Position numbers and translations under genes: made by a program. Under the pieces are notes generated by a model. The model did no database searches. It was not told the DNA's origin and was given only the letters and a program-made list of their open reading frames with translations. A stretch of DNA of 61,812 nucleotides, counting the filler, from Bipalium vagum (lineage: Eukaryota): the NCBI GenBank assembly GCA_037834085.1. It is 3 parts of 3 records of this genome, joined end to end, with 100 filler letters (N's around TTAATTAATTAA, not from the genome) between each part and the next. Parts side by side here need not be neighbours in the genome. Positions count along the whole stretch, not along the records: positions 21,755 to 44,400 come from JBBMKC010218465.1; positions 44,501 to 61,812 come from JBBMKC010071811.1; 1 more part is not named here. One strand, given 5' to 3'. How positions within the stretch are numbered: position 1 is the stretch's first letter; each line of letters opens with the position of its first letter. Below are positions 36,421-48,719 of this stretch, in pieces.

Positions 36421-37213
36421 CAGTTTTTGCCCAACCATTTATAGTGTTATCTGTTTTCAAATTCCTTATTTTAACTAATACTGAAAATTTAAGCGAAATT
36501 ACTGACAAAGGCATTGGATAAATGTTAATCTAATGCTGAGTTGATTGTCAATTTTATTTTCAAAATGAATGAAATTAAAATGTTAATTTGATTTAACATA
36601 TTTAAACAGTAAATTTTGAAATTATACTTAATCTATTTACAGGATTATGCATATATATATATAAAAAATTATTCAGAAATATATAGAAAAAATATTCGAT
36701 TGTTTCTGTTTGAATTTGTTGTTTACCAAAATTTGTAAAACTTAAAAAATTATGAAATCTAAGGTCATTAACCATTTATTTAATAGAATGACTTTCAAAA
36801 GAATAATCCTTTAACTCACCCTAAGTGATTTGATTTTCATTATATATTACCTTAATTTTTTCAAAAAATTCAACCGTACATGTCATTTAAATTTTTCAAA
36901 AAATATCATCAAAACTGCTATTCCACATTTATCTTCGACTCCAGAGTGAAATTTTGTCTAAACCCTCACAAACATAGTATAAATCGATGAGCAATCATAT
37001 GAAAGTACCTTAATGAACTTTCCTTAACAATAAACATAAACAAGAAGCTGTTACCGACAGAACTAAGAATTTTCGATAGTAACCAATTAACAAATAATAT
37101 ACACTTCTTCATCTTATTATTATATTATGATTATTATTATTATTATTTAAATTTATTGGTAAGAAGTTGGAGTGTTAAAAAAGTACGTGAAAATATTAAA
37201 AAAAACGAAATTT

Positions 37214-40200
37214 TTATTTTATTGTGGATATGGGTAAAATGATGAATTCCTTCTTTTGATTCAAACAAACAATCCATTTTCCAGAAGGAATGTGAATTTC
37301 GCTGATATTGGTCGATTTGCAGCCCAGAATTTGAATAGATCTTTCATATTTGTTCAGGTGAACACTGAACAGACGAAGGTAGCCTTTATCTGCAAATATT
37401 AGGGAATTTTGAATCAGAGAAATCGGTCCCGGATATAATACAGAAGGCGCCTCCTGAAAACGAATAAATGACATTATCATAAAATCCATAAAATTCTCTA
37501 TATCCGAAAGAAAGGAAAGAAATTGACAATAACATAAATATAAAAGATAATCATTAATCTATAATTATTACGAACAAAAATTAATAAATAGTCATAAAAT
37601 AAACATTTAATAAAAAAAATTTGAAAATTATATATAATTTTTATTTGAATTAACATAAAGTAGATTCAAGTGCATAATTTTTGTTTTTCCTTACAACCAA
37701 TAGGAATTTGTCAGGCAAATAAATAATAAAAATAAAATATTATTAATTTCAAACGAATTATTTAATTGCAAAAATTCTTTTTTTCCTCATTCTTAAGTTG
37801 TTTTAAATAAAATATTTGACTTTATTGTCTATCGATTTGTTCTCTGGGCTCCTGAATAAGCATGAAATCAGCAAAAATTACAATAAAAACTTGTCGAATT
37901 GGATTCCTTTTCCCCGATAACCACAGACAGATCACTCCGGTCACGTCAAATGTTACCACTGTAGTTTTGGAGTGTCGAGATAACGCTGGACAACATCTGA
38001 TCCAGTGGATCGTAGATGACCAGGTCCAAGTAATTTTCTTGAGACTGTTAATATCGATCAAATTGATTTCTGCTGATTTGCTTGACACCGCTAAGAATGA
38101 CTATAGAAAAATGTTGATGATTTTTGATTGATTTTTTTCAATGCAACTAACATCGATGAAATGAAAACCAACAATCGGTTCCGATACTAAACTCAAAGAC
38201 TCAACAATGGTGAAACTTGTTAATTGGAATATCTAAAAAAATCGATAAATAATAATATTATTTTTTATATATAAGTTTATTTTATATTGATTTTTAATAG
38301 ATTTTTTTGATTAATTTAAAAAAAATTGATTTACATTAGAAAGATAAGTTGTTTGGCAAAAAATATTTTTAATTATTTTAATATTATAAATATAAATAAA
38401 GAAAATAATCATATTCACTAAAAATTAAAAAATCATTACTGAATACCCGAAAATTAAAAGCTGGATGATAAGTCCATCTTCAAGATCGTTATCAATCATT
38501 GGATTTACAAATTCGGTAGACCAAAAAGGATTCTAACAAATAGAGGGAAGAATTTTGAAAATTCGAGGTTACAGGAAATTTAGATGAATATTAAGTATGA
38601 ATTCAGTTCACCCTATCAACATCAGTCAAATGGATGAAAAGAGTGATAAATACTATACGGGACATGATCATTAAATTATTCAAAGGAGGATGTGATGAAA
38701 AAACTGACACGAATTGTTACCAAGAATTGAATTCAGTATTAATGCTACAGAAAAAGTTCCATGAAGTTTTCTATTGAAATCGTTTAGGGTTATAAAGTAG
38801 GTCTACATGCCGGTGTAGAGGATCACAAGTATCAGGATACTGAAATTTTATCAGTATGGTGGTTATGAATATTTTACTCAAGATTATAAAGAATATATAA
38901 TTCAAGAAAATGTGAAGCATTTAATCGCTGATTAAATTCAAAGAACATAAATGACCGATCTGCGGCAATTTGAAAGTCATCACGATTTTGTTAGACCTTC
39001 AAAGTTGCTATTCAAAATTCTCATCATTTCTGTGTCTGTGGGACAGTAGAGCAGACTCAGAGTATTACTCAAGAAAACATTGGCCGAATAGAGTTGAATT
39101 TACACATGGTAAACATAATGTAAAAGCAATGCATTTGGTAGAGACAGAAAAGGTTTTGTTACCTCCATTACATATCAAGTTAGGCATGAAGAACATAAAT
39201 AAAAATAGTGCCGCATATGAATACCTAGCCAACAAATAACTGATGAAAAGTTGAAAGAGGGCATTTTCATAGATCTTCAAATTCGGCACTAATAAAGATA
39301 CAAACTTTCCTTCAAAGTTGAATCCCATAGAACTTAATGCTTGGAATTTATTTGTTCAGGTAATTCATAATTTTTTAGGAAACCGTAAGTCAGATGATCA
39401 CGACAATATAGTCAGGAATATGGTCCAAGATTTTCAAGTCTTAGGATGTCGAATGAGTACAAAAAGGCATTTTTTAAAATTCACACCTGGAATATTTTCC
39501 TAGCAACCTTTGGAGCCTGTAGCAAGGAGCATTGTGAACGATTTAACCAAAACATAGTCATTATGGAGAACAAGATATCAGGGCAGATGGAATGTTAGCA
39601 TGATGACAGACTACTGCTGGCTTCTAAAGGGTAACAACGCCACAACTATTAATAGTAGAAAAGCTCATAGAAAAAGGTATAATTGCAAATAAAATATTTT
39701 TTTTATTAAAGTTAAGTGTTTTTCTTATTATTCTTTAAAATGTACTTTTGCCGGAACCAGATATCTTACATGAAAAATGACTTCATATTCGTAATCAGCT
39801 ATATTCACTATATTATCATAATGCCGTCTCCGATACAAAAAAATTAAAAATTGTAGAGTAATGTATTTGAAAAAAAATTAATTTAATTGTCAATTTTTAA
39901 TCAATAAAAATAAATCTGATGCAAGATACAAGGTACCTTTATTAACTTGCTTGAGCAAACCACGACTTTGTAATCGCTTGACACGCAAAAATCTTTAATT
40001 GATTCTTGAAAGATTTTCACTGAATTCACAATGTGAATTTTATTATTTCTGATCGTCAAAATAATCATCCATCCATCAATAGTGGATACGAACACGTAAT
40101 ATCTGTAAGAGAAAGACCCATGCATTGGAGTATTCATCAGTTTTAATAAAACGTTTTCATGACAAGTATAAATCGAAAAGCACAAAAACAATAATTAAAA

Positions 40201-43200
40201 GTCAATATTGTGCACTTTCAAAAAGCAATTTATCAATTAAAATTTTGAAACTAAGAAAATATTAAGTGATATTTTTAAGAATGACTTTTATTTTACTATC
40301 TGAAAAAAGCGAATAGCAATATATTATTTTTGACTTATCTAAAACATTTCTTTATGGTTCTGAGTTTAATTTTTGTGTGACAAGTGGATTTTTAGCAGAA
40401 AAGAAAAATTAATAGGTTTGCGGATGAAATGTTTTGAAAGTGTCAGAAACTTTTTGTAAGTTTCAAATTGATCATTGATAGCAACAATGTTGAATATTTG
40501 TGAACATGATTTACAGTGCAGGTAAAGAAATTATCCTCCTTTCTACATTTTTTAACTTTCTCACTAAGGCAAGGGTAACAAAATATTCTAACTATTGCAC
40601 ACAATCACATCGTAATCTTCAAAAATATTTCTAGCTTGATAAACTTCTTTAAACTTATTGAATAATCAAAGTATCATTTAGTTTTATTATAGTGAAGGAA
40701 AGAGTGTCCACAATGAAAAGTAGTCATTATAAAAGCAATATAAAAACTTTAAGATAAAGATTATTTTAATAGAACTATATTTAATTTAAACATATTATAT
40801 ACAAGAAACAAATTCTATTGATATTTAACAAAATATCTTAACCCAGAAAAAATTGGCGAACTTTACTTTTTACTCCTCACATCAGCTTCTGCAGAGTCGT
40901 TCTACCTTGTACCTAGTTCATTGATTTCTCCACTTTCTTTTAAAATCTGCTTCATTCTTTGCAGCGTCCTGGGTGTTATTTAAGTTTATTTTACAATTCC
41001 CCAGTATTCTTCTTATGGTCTGAGTTCTGTGCAATTATGAGAGTTGGCTTATCGACAAACAAATTTCAAATTATTTGTTTTATACCATTCTAAAGCGAGA
41101 ATGATCCAGAACAAAGTAAGACAATCATACTTATTAATAAAAGACAATAGACATTTTTGAAGGCACTCTTTGAAGTAAATTTCTTGATACATTGTTCCAG
41201 TTTTATGCAACTTTTACTCTTTTCCACATGTACACATTGCTTGTTTCTTTGAGAATTTTGAGAACTTTTCATTATTAATCTTCCATCAACTGAGTCTTTA
41301 GTGTCTGCAACATAATATTTCTGACCTGACATTTGTTTGAAGTCTCCTTTAATATAAGTCTCATTTGATAAGGAAATTCTCATAAAGATTTCTTCAACTG
41401 GTTTTAGCAATTTTATTCTTTTATTCATCACGATCAGAGCAACAGTTATTTTGCAGGACTTGAATATCCTATTCTGCTTCACTTTGTGGATGTATGATCT
41501 AGATATTTTACATTATTTTTCAACATCACATACTGAAAGCGACGCTTTTTTCTTAAACGCACTGATGACCTTGTTTGCTAAGTTGGTGACCTGCTTTCTT
41601 ACCTGAATCTGCCTTTCACTTTATAGTAAAAGTCTTCTTGTAGTTTGAAATAACTTTCTGAACTGATGATTTTGCAAATCCAGCATTTTCAGCGACCATT
41701 GAAAATGAAACAACTGTATTATGATTGTATTTGGACAATATTTTTCCTCATTTCAATTTGTTTACCAATTTCCGTAGCTAATATTTATTGATTTACAAAA
41801 CCAATAAATTATTTTGATAATATGACAAATTTTATCAGAAATTTGTTATAAATCAATAATAATAATAATTAATAACAATAAATCAATAATTATAATATTA
41901 AAGTTATAAAAATTCTATCGATTGTTGTCAACAGTTACAAATATACATATATAATTACTCGTTTGCCCAGAAACTCATTTTTACGATTCCTCCTCTGTTC
42001 AGATCAACTAAATCTGTTTCGCAGATGCTGTTCAAATCGATTGATCTTCTCCACAATTCGACGACACCCGAATCGAATCCCAAAACGATCCAACTATTTT
42101 CCACGAAAACAATATCCCAAACACCTTTTCTATGTTTTTCTTCCAACAACTGACCGGTATCAATATTCCAAGATTTAATTTTAAAGGCCACATTCTTCTC
42201 ATCGATTATTTCTATTCCACTGGCAAGAATTATAGGACCACAGGAAATGCAATGAGCCCCTGGAGGAACAGAAAACTTACTGTCTACTTTCATTGGCAAA
42301 ATTCGCAGTACTGGTTCTCTATTGTCTCCTGAAATGCTTTGTAACGCTTGGAAAAGAGTCATAATTAAAGCAGTTGACATGAGTACGATTCCCACGCCAA
42401 CAATACTTGCCAATACCATTTTAAATGTAAGACTGAAATCAGCCCATCCTCTCAAGCTACTTGGGATTTGCATGAACAAATCATTCGTGCCCGACAAAAT
42501 CTGATTACCTAGCCAGTTGTTACTGTGGTCATTGGAAAATCGATTTCTATTCACCAAGTTTCTCGATGATAATTTTATGCTGTTCAAAATGTTCCATGTT
42601 GGTAACACAAACAATTTTCTATTCGTTATGTTTATTGAATATATTTGGGCAAGACGAGGCCAATGGTATATGGCCATCAACTTCCAATCATCGGTGAGAT
42701 CCATCTGCATGTGCGATTGTATGGGCAGAAAAAATTGATTCTTTAGGAAAACGGAGTGGAAAAGATTTGTCGAATATAATAAAATGAACAAAATCCAAAC
42801 TGCTGCACAAATCTGAAATAACAAAAACGAAATATAGTGGGTATTGTAGTCATAAAATAAGACGAATACTTTTAAGTTTCTAAAATAATAATTTCTTGAT
42901 TTAATTGAATACACAAAAAATCTGCTTCGATCAATGAAAATCAAACTTTCTTATAACCGCTTTCAAATTTAAGATGATGTTTGATTTGTGGATAAATTAT
43001 TATTGTTAGTTATTACCACGTTATCTGCACTTTCTGAATTTATTTAGTCAAGATTGAGTAGAAATATTTACTTGAAAATAATTTGGTGGTTGAAAAAGTG
43101 TTCTTTTTATTATTAATCTAAAAAGTTTATTAAAATTAATTTAATTATTTACTTTTTAAAGAGACTAAATTTGTTTTAATTATTAAAAACTATTTAAAAT

Positions 43201-44500
43201 ATTTATTTTATATTAAGGATTAAATTTTATATTTTAAATTTTTTTTCAAATATTTATAAATTATGTTTTATATAACATTAATTTGCTTCATTTTTTTACA
43301 TTAAGCTGCTTTTTAACCCGTTACTAAAATCCAGCCCAATTATATTATATCTTTTGTATTCTTATTCATTGAAATGAAGCATAAATGCTTATATTTTGAA
43401 TATTTTCCAAAATTTTTTTACAAAGTTCTAAATCTTTAATTATTTGATTTGAATTCCTTAAACACTTACTTTAAAATCTATATAACTAAATGAATAATAA
43501 CAAATTTCAATGGAAATATTGCAAATTAATAAAATTTGTTAAATAATGAGAAAAAAAATCAAATTTCATTATTCAATAAAAAATAGAACACAAATTACCA
43601 TAACTAATTTCTGAAAAATTCTATTTTTCGCCCAAAAATATAAAAAAATCAATCTTCTTGGAATGTAAACTGGAACCATACCATCAGATTGAATAAATGC
43701 AGCCGTGTTAATATCTACAAAGCGTTTTTTTAATTTTTTGTTGAAATTGTCAATTTTAAAAATATATCAGAAAAGATAAATACTTAGAACAACATTTAAT
43801 GTATTATAAAATAGAATATAAAATAAAGTCGAAGAAAATTTGAATTTTAGGTTAATGTAGAAAGAACTGTTAACTTTAAAGGCCGGTTTTGTTTAATTGC
43901 CAGACATATTTTTATGTTTGAAATATTTTAAACTTATTTTATAATATCATTGTGACATTAGATTTTAACAAATTCAACTTAATGAAAATCAATTATTAAA
44001 GTTAAAATTACTTAATAATATTGATTTTTTTAGTTTAAAAATAATTATTATTACTTTTTAAATTAATAACATATATTAATAAAACAGCCATTCAATTTTA
44101 CATTGATCATCACTTTATTTTATTGAAAATTATGAAGGATTTCTTGATGAATAAATCAAATATATCAATAGATCTAGTTATTTCGATCTTTGAATTTTGA
44201 GAATGTAATCTCAGAATTTATTCTAAAGCAGTATATCTGAGACTTTTTAATTGATTTTTATCTTAAAAAACCAAAATTTATCAGTTATTATAGATTTACA
44301 AAACCCTTTAAATCTTTATTTAGAAATAATTAAAGATTTTTCCATCAATTTTTAAAGTAAATTAAATTTTTTTTCAAATTTATATTTTTTTGAGAAGTTT
44401 NNNNNNNNNNNNNNNNNNNNNNNNNNNNNNNNNNNNNNNNNNNNTTAATTAATTAANNNNNNNNNNNNNNNNNNNNNNNNNNNNNNNNNNNNNNNNNNNN

Positions 44501-44573
<73 letters not shown>

Positions 44574-45439
44574 AATTCTTAATTTTTTATAACATTATAA
44601 ATTATTCTAATTGATTTACACATTAATGATATTTATTAAACAAATTAATTGTCATTATATTAACAATTTAGGAAAAACGGAAACTTCAAATTATAATATA
44701 ATCAATTATTTAAGTAATATTAATTCAAAAATTTATGTGAAACTTGTTGAACTTTTAATATATTAAAAATATATTAAACAATAAATCTTTCTTCATCTTT
44801 ACGAAATAAATTATTGATTATTTTTCTGAAATTTATTTTCTGATTTAAAAATGTATTAAAATATTATTTTATGATAATCAAGTAAAAGTAAAAATAATGA
44901 AATAATGAGAATTTACTGATATTGATTTTTCAAATAAAAAATGAAATAATAATTCCGAGAAGAAACAAACAGCAGAGAAAGAGTACAGAGGACCAGGATA
45001 AATGGAATAAAAACCGATGATCTGACCAAGAGAATGATAATAAAAATACCTAAAAACCAGGGCTTCGCTGGTGGAAGCGATAAGTGACATCTCAGGAGAT
45101 CATGAGAAAAACGATGGAAAAAATGATAAACAAGTGCGAAGATAATAACAAATGTCTAAATAACAGGAGTCCGCTAGTCGGAGTATCTGCAATAGTATCG
45201 ATCCTATTCAAACGACAATTTTATGATTGAATAATTGATTGTTGGAGGTTGGTAGATTTTTTAAATAATAAAAGTTTTATGGTGGAGTTATTTTCTTTAA
45301 CACAGATTAACAATCATTTTATAATTTCATCAAATAAATCTTTTAAATAAAAAAAAATAATCTAAGTTTAGCTATTTTTTAATATTGAGGCACATTGTCA
45401 AAATTTTAAAATTTCTACATTCTGTTTAAATATGCTCAT
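37214..45439 (-). CDS. SCAP: SREBP cleavage-activating protein (sterol-sensing TM region + WD40 repeats); model incomplete across gap 44401-44500
   Basis: Exons (minus): 45419..45439 (tentative), 44917..45155 (TFVIIFALVY..KPWFL..SS..LCTL, TM2-3-like), then missing exon(s), 43599..43714 (IPRRLIFLYFWAKNRIFQKLVM, cf. human LPKRLRVVYFLARTRLAQRLIM), 41959..42812 (WKLMAIYHWPRLAQIYSINI = loop 7; TM8; WD start), 39937..40102, 38152..38232, 37882..38100, 37214..37453. Phases are consistent from 43714 onward. Confidence 0.82.
38570..39865 (+). mobile_element. Chapaev3-like (CMC superfamily) DNA transposon relic in a SCAP intron
   Basis: LCLWDSRA..Y..KHWP.R, KVLLPPLHIKLG, AW..F..V..FLGN.K, MS.K.HFL, EHCERFNQ, RYQG.W..MMTDYCWL. 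This is the motif set I associate with Chapaev3 transposases; the superfamily name is from memory. Confidence 0.6.
40830..41790 (-). mobile_element. Tc1/mariner DD37E (ITmD37E/TRT)-like relic in a SCAP intron
   Basis: LSNETYIKGDFKQMSGQKYY (cf. MDDETYVKADFKQLPGQ) and NCTELRP*EEYWGIVK (cf. NCPELRPIExYWAI). Confidence 0.6.
44401..44500. other. Artificial scaffold spacer (44N-TTAATTAATTAA-44N) inside SCAP
   Basis: Same 100-bp layout as 21655-21754. Confidence 0.95.
44501..44548. repeat. (TAT)n microsatellite at a contig end
   Basis: Run abuts the gap. Confidence 0.95.
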
Positions 45440-45669
45440 TAACAAACAGCTAAGAATAATCGAAGAGAAAATGAGAGTTCTTTGGTACAGCAGTAAAATG
45501 ACAATGATAAATTAAGTTTTGTGACATACTATCAATTAAAAGTAATAAAATAGACAATGAAAACGCTTCTTTTCGTTATGACAATATTAAATTGATTTTT
45601 ATGATAAATTATGAAATGCTGTCGAGGATTTTTTGTTGGTTTACTGTCACCTTTGTTTTGAAGGCATTT

Positions 45670-45826
45670 CCAATTGGTCGCGGACTCTTATGCAAATATT
45701 ATATCAGACTTTTAGCATAAAATAAAGCAATATAATATTTAAATTATTTTTTTAGTTCAATTTACGTCATTAATTTTTCTGACAATTTTCTTTATAAACC
45801 CAAAGAAAATAATGAAGGATCACGCG
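45670..45826 (-). promoter_or_regulatory. Putative SCAP promoter
   Basis: CCAATTGG 45670-45677, ATGCAAAT 45690-45697, TTACGTCA 45762-45769 and ATCACGCG 45819-45826, just upstream of the first recognisable SCAP exons. Confidence 0.35.
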
Positions 45827-46600
45827 GTAATCAAATATTGAAAGTAGTAAATAATATATATATATATATATATAATATGTCCATTTAGTAAATTTAGTCA
45901 GGAAAATTTTTAAAACGGGATTTCTTTATTTTAAGTACTTATATGGATCATAAAATTAACAATGTAAAACAATAACACTTTTATAAAGGGTCTTCCAAAC
46001 ACAACATAAACTGTAGGAAAGTTTCATAAAAAATAATGTTAGTGTGATCCGAAACGTTTATTCTTTCAATTTAACAATTTCAAGTTAAATTTTTAATTTA
46101 ATCAAGTTAATTAAAAATCTAATTAAGTTGGTCTTCAGTAATATGTATTGAAGAATGGGGTAGGTGGAGTTTTCGTATTTTATAAAAAATTGAAATTGAA
46201 CAGAAAAAGTATATCATTTTTTTCGAATACTTTTAAACAGATTTTTGGTCCATGTTCAATCTCTAATCAATCTCGTTACTACTAATATATTGATCGAGTT
46301 TTATTCCTGAAATTATATTAGCATTTTTTTCAATGACTACTCACCAATCAATATTGTGCCACTCACCAATAACGTATCATCTCCATAAACTTAACAATAT
46401 TTCTTTTAGTTTGCGTCTTTATTGTAATAAAACTTATATTTACATATACATATTTATACATATACTTCTTTAACTGTATAAGAATAATCTGAATGGTAAC
46501 TTGTAATCACTTCTATTTGATGTAAGATACCCTCTGTTAAAATTCTTTTTTTCGATCCTCTTTTTGGCTTAATTGTTATCTTTTATATATATTATATATA

Positions 46601-47867
46601 TAGGGTGGTGTATTTAAAACGCTCGAAAGTAAAACATCAAAACTCTGGAAAAACCCATAAATATTTTATTTATTAAACATGGTAAACTATTTGAATATAA
46701 TATTGGTAAAATGGTCTCCATTGAGATTTATGTAAGTTCTGCATCTTGCCAAAAAGCTATTCATTACCGCTGAGAGAATTTCTTTTGGAATCTTGCGGAA
46801 TGCAACTTTGATAGCATCTTTTAGGTATGTGATGTTTTGCGGTTTGGTTTGATAGACCATGTCCTTGCAATATCCCCACAAAAAGAAATCCGGATCTGTC
46901 AAGTCTGGCGATCTGGATGGCCATCTGAAATTGATATTCCGCGAGATGATGCGATCAGAGAAAATCGTCCTCAAGTACTCCATGACAATGATTTTGATGT
47001 GCGGTGTTGCTCCATCTTGTTGAAACCATGTCGAACGAATATAAATACAACGAAGCATTTCTGGCACAAAAAACTGCTGTAACATCTCCAAATAACTCTC
47101 CATAGTGACATTTGCACTTTCGCCTTGCATTTCGAAGAAATAAGGATCAATGACACACTTGGACGATACTGCACACCATACAGTTACTCGACCTGGATGT
47201 AATTTCTTTTCGTAGATAATGCTCGGGTTTTTATCTGCCCAATAACGAAAATTTTGTTTATTCACATTTCCGTTAAGATCAAAATGTGCCTCATCAGACA
47301 TGAAAAAACGGTTTAACAAGATCCCACCCTCTTCCATCATACTGATCATCTTTTCGCAGAACTGTAGACGCAAATAGTAGTCAGTTTGCTCTAATTTACT
47401 CACTATTTGCATTTTGTATGGAAATAAATGTAAATTATTTAAAATGCGTTGAACACTTTGTCTGCTGATATTGAGTTGACAAGACAGAGTGCGTGTTGAT
47501 AATCTCAGATATGTTTCAATTGCCGCTACTACTGCAGTGATGTTGTCAGCAGTTTGTATGGTACAATTTCTATTTCTTGGCATAACATAAACATTACCCT
47601 CGAGTTCGAAATGATTAATCACACACCCAATGGTTTTTGTACTCGGTGTCTTCATTTATATTCCAGTCTGAGTGCTCGCTGGACCAAAATTGGAGACTGA
47701 TATTCATAAAAGAATTTAATTATTTTACTTTTGATTTCTGGTTCTATAATTATAATGATTTAAATTTCCACACTGTGCCTATATCAAAATGAAACATTAA
47801 AACAAATATGCCTGCATTGGATAAGTTATCAATCATTACTTTCGTACATTTTAAATGTGCCATCCTA
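46601..47867 (-). mobile_element. DD41D (rosa/Visitor-type) Tc1/mariner transposon with TIRs, inserted in a (TA)n tract
   Basis: 32-bp TIRs with 7 mismatches (tagggtggtgtatttaaaacgctcgaaagtaa vs reverse complement of ttactttcgtacattttaaatgtgccatccta); contains the 322-aa ORF. Confidence 0.92.
46687..47655 (-). CDS. DD41D transposase (N-terminus frameshifted)
   Basis: SDEAHF, FQQDGATPH, WPSRSPDLTDPDFFLWG; I counted 41 residues between the 2nd and 3rd Asp. The upstream EPEIKSKIIKFFYEYQSPILVQRALR lies in another frame. Confidence 0.85.
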   Translation of the reverse strand: MKTPSTKTIGCVINHFELEGNVYVMPRNRNCTIQTADNITAVVAAIETYLRLSTRTLSCQLNISRQSVQRILNNLHLFPYKMQIVSKLEQTDYYLRLQFCEKMISMMEEGGILLNRFFMSDEAHFDLNGNVNKQNFRYWADKNPSIIYEKKLHPGRVTVWCAVSSKCVIDPYFFEMQGESANVTMESYLEMLQQFFVPEMLRCIYIRSTWFQQDGATPHIKIIVMEYLRTIFSDRIISRNINFRWPSRSPDLTDPDFFLWGYCKDMVYQTKPQNITYLKDAIKVAFRKIPKEILSAVMNSFLARCRTYINLNGDHFTNIIFK

Positions 47868-48719
47868 TATATATATATATTTCAATATTTTTTATTTAAT
47901 TTTAAATGTAGCACTAATGCAATATTTAAGCACAATTTGATAATTGGCGTAAAAATGGTATAAAAGGCGTACTAAGTTTTACAAAATATTCGTGCATGGT
48001 TCACTTTGGAGAATATTTAAACAAATACTTAATTTTTATATTTTATCATAAGAAATCTGATTAAATTCAATTTCCATTTTTTATACAATTTTTTGTGCAA
48101 TAAGGAAAAACGTTTTCTTCAATCCGATTTAACATTTAAGGTTTATTGTATTCTCATTTATATAGTAAATAAACAAATGTCGTAGAAAAAGTTTTATGAT
48201 ATATCGAAAACGCAGCTTGAATAAAATCTTAGAACATGCAAAAACATTTTGGAAAATCGTCTGACTTCTGAAGAAAATTTGATTGATTTGGACAATTAAG
48301 ACTATTAAAGTCAATATGTGAACCATTGAAAAGAGTGGAAAAATTAATCTCAAAACGAATTTTAAAAAAAAAACATTATTATAACTGTACGGACTTTTCG
48401 AGAGAACGATCCGAATTAACTTATATTAACCAAAATTGTCATTCTATCTCTGCAATTAATATTGTGATGATAAAGAAGAAGGGAAGCGATTTTCAATATT
48501 TTGAACCATAGCAAAGTCCTACATAACATTTATATGATTTTTTTACCACAGTTTACACTAATCATTTTTAGATTCTTAAACTTCAATTGCTAATATTTGT
48601 CTTTTGAATGGATTATTGATTCTGTCTTAACACTGTGACTCAAGAGATGTTTATATCATATTTATCAATCATCTCCAAAATAAACATAGTCTTTCGAATA
48701 TAATATAAAAAATTTAATA

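Noticed and set aside
38440-38532. Extra SCAP exon (NPFWSTEF...)
   Set aside because: The flanking exons already join in phase into a sensible WD repeat (CSSKLIK|IFQL); no homology support.
44110-44262. SIDIF segment as the SCAP SIDIRRMELADL region
   Set aside because: No preceding hydrophobic TM6, the frame contains stops and splice sites are unsuitable.
44878-45090. Supplied 70-aa ORF as the SCAP exon frame
   Set aside because: A different frame of 44917-45155 aligns better with TM2-TM3 and is open from acceptor to donor.
47950-48700. SCAP loop-1 exon on the minus strand
   Set aside because: Interrupted by a stop; the plus strand (ICEPLKRVEKLISKR) looks more like a decayed hAT. Neither reading is strong enough to call.
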